A DNA stretch of 64,000 nucleotides from NCBI GenBank assembly GCA_012295275.1, contig CM022665.1, forward strand, positions 25,792,001 through 25,856,000, read 5' to 3'. Origin of the DNA: Chrysomallon squamiferum (Eukaryota; Animalia; Mollusca). The translations under genes were made by a program, and so were the position numbers. Below, piece by piece: positions 1-12,100 of this stretch. Position 1 is the first letter of the stretch, and each line of letters opens with the position of its first letter. Under the pieces are notes generated by a model that did no database searches, was not told the origin of the DNA, and saw only the letters and a list, made by a program, of their open reading frames with translations.

Positions 1-762
1 AATGAAAATAAAATAAAATTGACCAAGTCATTATTACATGATCAGTGAAAATATTTTCACTTAAAACAGATGTTTCAGGAATTCTAATCACTGGAACCCT
101 CACACCCCGATATTTTGCATTTGCCAGTTTCCAGTTTATACGAAAAGTCAGCCACAGCACAGATTATAACATCTTTATAACATCTTTTAAATTAAATAAA
201 AATAAATAAATAAATAAAATAAAATAAAATAAAATAAAATAAAATAAAATAAAATAAAATAAAATGTAAATAAGTTAACTACATTCATGTTTTTATTCTT
301 TTTAGTTACAGGTGTTTACAGCATCTTTTAAATCAATAAAAACATCATTAGCAAAACAAAAAATAATAATAATTTGGAATTTTTGGACCAGAGTCAACAG
401 CCAAAAAGAACACAGAAACATCAACAGCAGCTGAGAAGAGAACAAACAAACAGAACGCAACTAACACAGACCCGGTGATGACTAGGAGACCTTCAACGAA
501 CTAGAAAAGTGCCAGAAACAACAAGGAGCGGAAAACATCAATGAAACATCACAACTGATTCATTACGATCCGATATGCTGGACACTCCCTTGTGTCCTGT
601 AATCGTAACCAGAACCCATTCTCTTTCCTTAGCCAAAACTCTTTTCTGCGACAGACATGCAAGCTGACCTGTCAGAAAGCGTGTCTGTCGTAGACGTACT
701 TCATGACAGCTTACTCTGATTAGCACGTTAATTTTTTTCACTTCACTTCACACACAGATTAC

Positions 763-915
763 CTTGGTTTCATATCCAGTAAGAAACCCAATTTCTCTTG
801 ATCCTTTAAGGACTGCCTCTGTGTCACCTACTGTTGCACTTTTAATTATAGAAATGTATTTGTCGATAAATGGTTTTGGAAAATCTCTGCTTGCACCGAA
901 ATCCAACAAATTTAT
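763..915 (-). CDS. COQ8: COQ8 coding exon 12 ([12 protein letters not shown]...GFLTGYETK)
   Basis: DFG motif and GFLTGYE; donor AAG|GTAATC. Confidence 0.96.
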
Positions 916-3900
916 CTGAAAAAACAAACAAATGAATACTCAAAAAACAACCCTACCAAGAAAAATAACAAAACCTAATAATAATAATTACAACAAAAAT
1001 AACAATAAAGTAATAATAATAAAAAAAAAAAAAAAAAATATTAAAATGTTCCATAAAGAAAAACAACTTAAATAAAATAAATGGCATTCAACATTAAACT
1101 TTCCAGCAACTGATTAAAAAAAAAATAATAATAAAAATAAAAATCGTAACACATCTCAAGTAAAATTCTTTCTAAATAATATCAAATTATGTTATAGTGT
1201 ACACTTTATTTTTTAGCAGTGACAAATTGATTAAAAAGACATAAAAATATATGTACTTTATTTTTTTGCAAATACATGAAATTTATACTATACACTTACT
1301 TTTCCTGTTTGGGGGTTGTAGTAAAAGTTGGACCAGTTTGGATCAGTTTGCATAACACGAAACTTGAACAATTCTATTAGACAGAGTTTCAGAATAGATT
1401 CACCAAGCTGAAATGAGATATATATAAAACATAATTAAGAACAATATTAATAATTCAGTACAAAATATTAGTTTTTAATAACAATCAGAGTAATTCAGAA
1501 AAAGATCTACAGAAAGAAAAATTTACAATTAAAAATAATCTTAGAAATATGGTTTATATTCTAATTGTGAAATGTAAATAAATAAATAATTAAATAAATA
1601 AAAAAATAGAAAATTAAATAAATAATAAAAAATAATAATCTCTGTTCAAATCATCTAACAGTTTTCTTTTTAAAAATATTTTATTTTATTATTTTTTATA
1701 CATTAAATATTCTAAAATTAATTTTTAAATATATAACCACATTATGTTAAAAATTAAGACAGTAACTGTAAAATCAGCCATCAATACTGTCTTTACGACT
1801 TATCAATGTGACTGTTATTAATGTATTTATAATACATTTACTGTTATGTATTTAGTTCTTACTGCTGTCCAGAAGTAAAAAGTAATTATAAACTACATCA
1901 ACAGTAGGTCATAACCTCCCTCCACTACCCATAAAAATAAAAAATAAAAAATAAATAAATAAATAATATAAAACAAAATAAAAATAATATACATTTCAAG
2001 GATAATAACAACATTCTGCAAGCTCCATGTTTTCTGTGAATCCATCTTATTATGTCAAAGAGTGACACATCATACTTCTTACAGCTGATAAGGATTTTGT
2101 CTACTTAAGGAGGAAAATGTCACTTGTTTCTGTGAATGTACAAGAAGTGGCACTTCTTTCAATTTTAAACATTTGTGAATAGAATGTATATACAATGTAG
2201 CTATCTAAGAGTTATAAACTGTAGGTATATACTGAACATGGCTTTGAAAAAAATATAAAAAATAAAATAACACATTCTCAAAACAGTGATTATCTCGGTA
2301 GACAGAAAACATGCATCAGATCACTGTTTATCTTGATACGAAGCCAGTAAGAGTATCACCAGTAAAAAGATAACCAAACTTTTAGATTGTTTTGACAGCT
2401 TTAAATTATGTCCTATTTACACTGTCAAGTATCATTATTTTATGATGATAAATGGGTGTAACAGTCATATAAAAAATAACGTTATGCAAGCTTTTTAATG
2501 CATGAGTTTTTTTCATCATTTAACTTTTAATGAAAGTCAGATCTCTTTGGTTTGGTTTCTTACAATCAGACATGCTTTGTAAATATGTTACATCAATAAT
2601 GACAGTAGTATATCTTTCTCTTTTAAGATTCTTACTCTATAGGCAGATTCAGGACATAATATCCCATGCAAATCATTGTATGGTTCACAAATTAGTGAAG
2701 CAAAATTTTTGTGAACTAACAATCCATTATGTGATACAAACTGAACATGGAAAACAGCTAATGTGTCTGGGTATGTAATATGTGTAATATGTGTGTCTCT
2801 GTGTGTGGAAATAAAAAACAAATTCAGTTTTAATGACATTTCTTTTTTACTGAACAATGTAGAATGATGTGCCAGTGATACTGGCCCATAAACATCTGTG
2901 AGAATTGAGCAACTAATATATACATACAAGCTTGCATAAAACAATAAATAAATAAATACAGACAAACCCCAAAATGTTCTACAGTATCCCATATTTTAAA
3001 GTCTAAGAAGTCTATCATAAGTGGTTAAGTAGATAATCAATATCAGTTTTGCTTATAATAATAAATTTCAAAACGTTTCATAAAGTAACTGTAATCATCA
3101 ACAATTATTTGTTTCAACTTTTTCTTTTCTTTTTATAATTTTAAACTCTCACTCTGTAATTATTTTATTGGTTCAGTATCTATTTCTTATTAAAATAAGA
3201 AGATATTACTTTCATATAACCTGCTCATTATTTCTACTATTTTCACTGACATGCCTTATTTCACAAAATATCACAATTATATACAAGGCTTTTTTTATGA
3301 AAAAAACCCACAAAACACAAACTAATAAAAATAACAACATCAAAATACACAACAATGTATCTAACAAATATTAATCTCATTTTCTTTCCAAGAGACTGGT
3401 CCTTTATTTACATGATGCATTCATGAATCTTTTTATCACCAGATTTACTGATATTACCTTTCATCAGCAAACTAACTAAAGCATTAAAATAACTACAGGC
3501 ATATCACTTACTGACTTTGTGGATTTTAAAATAAAAAATGTTTTGTATTCAGTACACCCTTTTAATATTAGTTGGCTTTTAAACAATAATATAATTACAC
3601 AGTCTTTCTATATAAAATCAGTTATAAATATTGGAATCCTTAGTAATCATATAAACAAATATAGATTAGATGAACAAATTGTAAAATTGAACATTCAGAT
3701 GTACATACACAAAATATGCTTTTCTTGTTAATATTAATATTTTCATCGGATTAATTTTAAAAACCAAAATATTGTGTTCACTTTCATATTAAAATGTATA
3801 CAAAAGTATTTCACTAGGTCCAGTCGCATTAAATTTGGGTAATACTTAATGCATTTTCCTCTGGAATAACTTTGGAAGAACTTAATACATGTCCATCTGG

Positions 3901-4971
3901 AATATTTGCAATGCTCTGAACAGTCATTTCTCCATGTCTAAAACAGCAACCAAATTTTCTGAACAAAAACTTTTTAAAAGTATCTCTGAAGTCTTTTTTC
4001 AAGAATGCATACACTATAGGATTCACCATAGAGTTACTCATACTTAGACACAGAGCAAAGCTTTTCAAGACTTCAACCAAATCCCATGGAACTGATTTGA
4101 TGTATTTCAGTGCACTGCACGCCATATATGGCATCCAAAAGAGTACGAAAAGTAACAAAACCAGAGACATCACTTTTGCTGATGAGATCTCCTTTTCAGT
4201 CTTTTTCTTGGCCATAGCAGAGGCATACACACATGTAGCTTGAATTTGTCTATGGTGTCTGCGAGCTGTGTAGAAAATCCTAATATACATCAGGCTTGTA
4301 AAAGTAAGACAGCCTAGAACTTGTACATGCACAGCAATATAAATATATTCTTTAGACAGAACAGTGTACAAATCGCATGGACTGTTTTCTTTCCAAGTAT
4401 TCCATCCAGCTAGAGGAAGAAAACTCAAGACTGTAGAAAATACCCACAGAAAAGTAAGTGCACGCTTGGCCCTACCAGGGGTCATCAAAGCTAAGTATTT
4501 CAGTGGGTAGATGACAGCAAGATAACGATCAAAAGACATCAGCAACAGATTCAGCAAAGACGATCCACATGAATAAATTGCCATACCACATCGAAAGAGA
4601 CAGGCATACTTGTTCTCATCTAACTTTCCAATTTTCAGATAAAACAGTGAGTACAACGGTATTGTCACAAGGCCAACAAGCAGATCAGCAACAGCCAAAC
4701 TAGCAATATAGGAATTTGTGATTGTCTGCAGTTTTGGTTCAGAGCACACTGCAACTAAAACTAAAAGGTTTCCACCAATAATAAAAGGTGCCAAGCAAAT
4801 ATCAATGCCTGCAAATATTCTTCCAAATAAAATCAAATCTAGTTTTGCATTTTTTTCTGAAACTGACTGAACTGTTGTGAAGTTGTTAATAAATTCAAAA
4901 ACTGTTGTATTTTCTGCCATTTAGAACACTAAATATGACAAATTTATTTTTTTATCAAATAAATAAATAGA

Positions 4972-5006
<35 letters not shown>

Positions 5007-8000
5007 ACAGATAAATCAATAAAATAAAACAGATAAATAAAAATAAAGAATATAAAAAAAATAAAATAAAGGATCTTAATTTATTTAAAAATTGTTAAGA
5101 AACATATTAATTTCTCATACCATCTCCAGTAATGAAACATATCTGTATATACACATATTACTTTCCTATTTCAAAAAAAGTTCACATTTCAGTTCATTTT
5201 AAAAAAAGAAGAAAAGAAAACATTATATGAAGTTGATTCCTTTCTTCACATAATATTAATCAACTTGAACGAATTCCTGCTTTGTGTGATGCTAACAATC
5301 ATCCATTTTAAATAAACAACAAGATTCATCAGCTAAATCTATGAAAACTGTAACATCGTGGGTATTTTTCTTAAATTCCAAGCACAAAGTTTAGAAACAT
5401 ATGATATTCAAGCCTCTCAGAAATTATATTGGACCTTTGCACTCTCTTCTTTATTTTATAGCACACACTTTTTCTTTGGGACCAAAATTTATTCAGTTAA
5501 AGTTTGATGCATTGAAGGTTAATAAAAATATAGTACAGTTTGCATGCTGATAGCTGGCTATATTATGTATTTTCCAATGTATATACATGTTTATTTGTCT
5601 TAATAAGCTCCTCCCACTTTAGCTTGATGGTGAAATGTGTGCAAAGCATAGAAGAGACTGTCTGATATATTCTTCCTGATTAAGTTAACCATAATATTTT
5701 ATGCACAGTTCTGTGAAATAAATAAATAAATAAATAAATAAATAGAATGAATTAATGTTTAAAATTTGAGTTCAAATAGTTACATATTGAACATTTATAT
5801 ACAATTATAAATAAATAAATAATAATAAAAAAATAAATTAAGAAAACACAATAGTAATAACCAAACTGAATTACATCAACCCAGAAATGTAGAGGGGCAT
5901 TTTGTTTTTAATTTTTAATTTTTATATTTGTATTTTTATTATTTTTAAAGAAAAATCTTTAAGATGTCATGATAATTATAAAATAAATAACTAAATAACT
6001 AAATAACTAAATAAATAAATAAATAAATAAATAAATTCCAAAGGAATAAATAAAAACCCTTACTGGTTCATTTAAAAAAAAACAAAAAAAAAAAAAATAA
6101 TAATAATAATAATAATAATAATTTAAAACAAATCCTTATTTATTGTCATGATTAAGTCAATTTAAGAAAGTCTTCAAATTTACCACTGTATTAACAATAC
6201 TTATTGTCGATATTTTAATAAATAAATAATGTTGATGATAATCAAATAAAATAAATAAGTAATAACTTCAACACTAGTTATGAAACAATAACCAATAAGT
6301 AACCCATTAACTACTGAAATACAGCCCTGGAAATTGTTCACAAATTTTACCCATATATAAAAATAACCTACATTTATCGTCATACTGTGATCGACCTGTC
6401 ACCGTTGTCTCAGCTATTTATATCCAGAAACTAACTCTGGGCCTAAATCTCAAAGCCAATAGATGCATATTCCGTCGATAATGCATGTTATATATAATTT
6501 TATATAATTTTTGTTTTACGAAAATATTTAAAATTAGAAACAGACGTAAAAAGCAACAGTTATTAATGATAAATTAAAAATTATTAAACATATATTAGTT
6601 TGGTTCATGTACCTCCGTGTTCGGCATTTGCTTAAGTTGAAAATGCACATGATGTTAATTTTTCTATTTGACATGTTTAATGCAGAAATTTGATTAAATT
6701 GTGATGCTTAACATATTAGTGAGCTGTTATTATTTATTTATTATTACAACTCATGGCCAAATAACAAAGTTAGGGACTTCATACTGACAGTCAGTCCGTT
6801 TTTTAAAAGAATTTATGTAATTTTGACATCCGATTACATTTACAAAGAAAATACCGTACCCATACATTTGGGAATAACTAACTAAATAAATAAATACGAA
6901 ATAAAATAAATATGGTTTATGTCATAGTTATACGGTCAGCGTGAGAGAAACAAATGGAAATGTTTCAAACATGCAGGCAACTTACAATCACATCTTGAAT
7001 TTAAATTAACTTACATTTACGAAGGTACATTTAATTATGTAGGATATTTATTAAAATTATATATGTATCATATCCATGTTACATACTGATTAAGTTCAGT
7101 TATATGACTGAAATCATTTACTGAAGTTTATCGTATCCTTGGTAATTAACAAAAGTTCAAATACGGTTGAAAAGTCAAAATTTTTATCTCTTCGTACACA
7201 AATATGTTGTAATAAGTTTAGTAACGTGGAGCCTATCATGATTTGTTTTTTAAATACAGTGGAACCTCGGGTTACGAACGCCTCAAAGCATGAACTAATC
7301 GGATTACAAACTGTGATTTGGGGCAATTTTTGTCCCGAGTTACGAACTACTGCGACGCTCCACGACAATTTTTTTTTTTTGACGTCGGTTTTGACATCAA
7401 CATCTAGTAAAGATAAGAATAGATGCTTACATCAAAGCCGAGGTCAAAGTAAGGATTATAGGCTTGCCCTGTAACAAATATATATCATGAATTAGGGTCT
7501 TTAGTCTTCAGTACGCAGTTGCAGCTCAATAGCTTCTGCTTTGAGATTGAGTGCTCGCATTTTTTAAAGTGTTGCTGCTTTTATGTGTATATATATTTTT
7601 TATTATACCCTATCCAATATGGCACCCAAGAAGACAAAATGTGAAAGTGAAAATGCTGGTGGAAAGTATAAATGTATCACCGTAGAGGTTAAGAAAAAAA
7701 TAATTGCAAAACATGGGAGTGGCGTTTGTGTCTGGCATTGCTTTGGTTTATGAACCGAGTTCTGGAACGAACTAAGTTCATAACCTGAGGTTCCACAGTA
7801 AAATTCACATTTACAGTTTCCACAAATAAAGCCAATAATAATAAATTCCTTTCTACATGTCAGTGAACATTTTAAATTAAAATGTTTCCAAACCTCTGCA
7901 ATTATAGTTACATATTAAAAAAGTTAGTCACCAAAAAATATATTCAAGTTATTCTATACCTTGATCATCATCTTCATTTTGATATAGTACTAAGATGACC

Positions 8001-9030
8001 ATCTAAAGAGAATTTTATGTTTTTTAATATATATAATTACATTTCTTCACATTTATAATATAGCAAAGAAACATTCTGTCATCATTTTTCTATCAACAAA
8101 TGGGTCACCAAGAAACAGGTGTGCAAACAAAAACTAAAACAAAATGCTAATACTGCAATGTCAGGAGAATGTACTAAGCATAATATTGAAAACCAACCAG
8201 ACCTTTTAAAAATACTTCAAGAATAACAACACTTGATAAATGATTTAAAAAAAAAGAAAAACCTGTGCAGATTAATTCTTTTTGTTTTTATTCTTGAGCT
8301 TGTTTTGGTGCTCTAGTTTTTAAGACTTTTTATTATAATAACAGAAAATAGAGAACTGATTTTTCAGGCATCTTCCAATTTGGTTTTTAAAATATGAAAT
8401 CTGCTGATGTAAAGGTAAACATATCTTTTATTTATTTATTTTATTATTATTATTGTTATTATTATTTTATTTTTTAAATTTCATGTATTTTAAGCCTTGT
8501 TAAATAACTGTACAAACATCATGTTTAAAATAAACACTTTTGTTGTGTAATATACCAGTTAGTAAAACAACACACACAAAACAAAATAATTAAACCAATA
8601 AAAATAGAAATTAAAATATTTCATTGATTCATCTTAATTTTGGAAATAATAACATTATTTCCAAAATATACAGTCACACGAGGTTGAAGAAAATAAAAAA
8701 TAGACACAAGTAGTTGTTGCATGACAACTGCAGTTTTTGTTTTTCAAATGCATTTATTGATTTTGTATAACATCTTTTAGTAACTATCAAGATTTGACGA
8801 ACAGTTGCCTGTAAGAAAAACTGCGCAATAATGAATAAGCTGAAGAATTACAAATTATCTGCCCCGAGCAAACGAAGTGTGTTTGGTGGTGTGAATAAAG
8901 TTCCTTCTTTTTTTAAATTAATTAATTAATTTTTTTATTTTTTATTTTTTTAAATGATTTTGTAATTATTTTAAGGATTGCTATTATATAAAAATACAGC
9001 TTAAATAAATAAATAAACAACAACAACAAC

Positions 9031-9103
<73 letters not shown>

Positions 9104-12100
9104 GTGTGAGCACAAAAAAGTTGCCTTTTAAATGGTTTTACCGATTTCAAAACCACCTGAAGATACCAGCAATTCAAGTAGCAGTTGCTCAGGGAGCAAT
9201 GCTGTTTTTCAAATCTTCAAAAATAAAAAAATTTGAGTTGAATAAAAATTTTCCACTGTCTGATTATTGATTCGTTCTATTATGGTGATCTAACTGCCAA
9301 AAACAACTGGCAAAGGAAACTTCCACAACCGTCAGCTAGAATGCCAATATCAGCTGGCCCTACTGCTTGTTCAGTGTATTAAATATGAAATCCCTTGCAA
9401 TAACTGACTGCATTAATGTTACTCATTTTACATGTGATCTTCTGGGTGGTCTCAAAATGTACAAGCTGATTGATCATAGATAATTATGACCCTGACAGTG
9501 ATTTCTGGGACATATTTCCCCCCCCCTCCCATAAAAACAACTATATATAGCTCACAACAACACAAAAAATCAACAAAAATAAAGAGTTTTATCAACAGCT
9601 TTGTGTTTGAAAATGGCAGGGCCAGTTGCAAGGGGATAGTCAGTCTGGTGAGGACCATCTGTCGATGTGAACTGTATGGTTTTTGCAGTTATGTTGGATC
9701 CCACGTCGTAATGTGCTGCAACATAACAAATGTTAACTTTTCTGCAGATCCGTTCTGATAGGCACTAACTTTATTATTTCTCTTGCCAGTTACTTCCCAG
9801 AATGAAGGAAAATGCATCACCTGCAGTCTAGATCTAAAAAATTATTATTATTATTTTTTTTTTTTTTTTGATGAGGGGCATTCCCCTGAACCCCTCCCAC
9901 ACCAGCTACAGCCTTTGGGCTGTTGATTACACAACCCAGTATAAAATTTAGCATATGATCCTGAGTAGAGATATTGTTCTTTCATTTCTTTATGTGTTTA
10001 TCATTATTTGATTTGTGTGCTGCCGTATTATGCCTGTTAAGTTACAATTATTAGTACATTTTACCAGTCAAATCACAAAAGCAATTTCATTAAATCTCAT
10101 AATATTTCAGGAATTTTGTATAATTACTGTTTTAACAGATTTACAGCAATAAGTATATGCATATGAACTAAAAATCATCATTTAAATAAAAATAGATTTT
10201 ATATTGCTAAAGATATAACTCTTCGTAAAAACATACATAAAAGTTCTATTAAATAATCTTAAAAAAAAAAAAAAAAAAAATTGAACAAAATAACTAATTT
10301 CTGCCTGTGGTGAAATTTGTTACACTATATCTCATATAACACTGTAAGAAATATTAGAAAGAACTTCTCTGGCCTTCATCTAATTCAAAAGCCATGTGCA
10401 CTAGCAGTACACATCAATTATACCTGCATTAACTGCAAGGTGGTTATCGAGTACACGTCTCCTATGAAGGCAGAGAGAAACTTGATACAGTAAAGCATGC
10501 AAGACCTGTCTAATATAACCTCACATATATATAATGGTTACTGTCAATGGAATTAAAGTCATGCTACTGTTGCTGTCAAGTGGTGCCACTCAACTGTTCT
10601 ATTGATCTGAGACATAAGTAAATATGTTTGTTGACTAAAACCTGCAACTGACTGATACATGATTATATAATTAGTTATGTACTGGTTGACCTGACATTTG
10701 TAATACTGATAACATAACCTCTTATTTGCATGTATCATTAAAACAAGAGATAAAATACAAGATTGAAACAGATGGGTGAGAGCATGACATGTGCATATTA
10801 GACTGATAGGAACTTGTGCTGAATATATAGATCCCATAATACTTTCATATGTTTGTGTGTGTATATTTATATCAAGGTTTTAAAGATATAAAAAGGTATT
10901 TATAAAATTTTCTCAACAATTTTTAGAATTTGTTAATAATTAAACATTTTCATTTTTTTTTTAGCTAAAAGAATAATGTTCTTTATGTGTCATTGGTGTT
11001 TTGACAACAAAGAGGCTTTTATGTGCAGTCTTTTGATTCTACTATTGACTAGTTTATCGTGTAAAATCTTCAGATGCTCATATTACTAAAATATATATAT
11101 ATATATTTTTAATATCAATCAACAACCATTATTAACTTTATAATTTAACTGTTAAGACTGCTCTAATTAATTTTTTTTTGAGGCAAAAAATAAAATTAAA
11201 ATAAATATTTTTATATATTTACTTTAACTGAATAACCATAATTGACTAATCTTCAGAATCTTTCTTACCAACATAAGAGGAATTTTAAAAATTGTGTCAT
11301 AAAGAGATTCACAGGTCATATTATTCAAGTGGATTTTTATTTGCAGCACTGCAAAAGTGAGGAACAGGCTTTAAAAATTCTTTGACAGATAATTATACAA
11401 AGATGCAGGCAAGTTATCAGTCATAAAAATATTAAATACAAAACTGTATATAATACATTAATTTTACTGAATTATCACGTATTTATAATTCCAACTATTT
11501 TTTAAATGAAGAGAATATTAAAATGAATAGGCTTATCAAATAAAAATTTTTTTAAAAATAAAGTTATTATAATTTATTATAATTTTACTGAATACAAAAG
11601 ATTTATCCAATTTTTAATTTTAAAAAGTTTGTTTTGTGGTTTTTTTTTTTATTTCTTTAAACAGATGACATGTAAGTATTTTCCGAAACAAAGAAATTAA
11701 AATAAATTTTGGGTGGATTCATCTGTGAGCAGCTGTAATTTAAGCAGACACAAGTTTAAAGTGTAAAATATTATTTTCATTTCACTTGAACAGAAACATT
11801 TTAAAATTCCCAAAATACTTGCTTTATAATTAATGAGACCATATTTTAAAAATACAATATATTTTCTTCCTCAAAATAAAAACAGGAAACAAAATAAAAT
11901 AAAATTTAGACAGTACTGAAAATGTGTTTGTTTTATGAATTAAAGCATTTAGATAATTAATATATATGCTAAGAAATAATATCTTGAATTTTCTGAGGAT
12001 TTAGAAGTATTTAGGAATACTAATATTCCTTTCCCCAGTAGCTTTTATTTACCTATTATATAAATGCATTTGGAACAAACAGGTTGATAAAATACAGAAA

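Noticed and set aside
475-558. Box C (GTGATGA) and box D (CTGA) suggesting a C/D snoRNA
   Set aside because: Antisense to the host intron, no terminal stem and no recognisable rRNA guide.
538-741. 67-aa minus-strand ORF as the final COQ8 exon
   Set aside because: No acceptor and none of the expected C-terminal COQ8 motifs (H.DA..ILGE, RL.PPPEE.YSLHRK); the true last exon lies beyond the window.
2530-3731. Cluster of 60-134 aa ORFs downstream of the GPCR
   Set aside because: AT-rich, Ile/Phe/Lys-biased random ORFs in the probable 3'UTR or intron, with no motifs or splice support.
4921-4930. In-frame COQ8-GPCR fusion protein
   Set aside because: The acceptor is 8 nt before the GPCR ATG and the COQ8 donor is phase 0, so the join is out of frame and soon reaches TAG.
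8922-9113. Poly-Leu ORF
   Set aside because: Translation of an (AAT)n microsatellite.
9430-9965. MITE-like patch with GGGGCATTCCCCTGAACCCC subterminal-type sequence
   Set aside because: Looks like a decayed repeat, but boundaries, TIRs and TSD cannot be defined.
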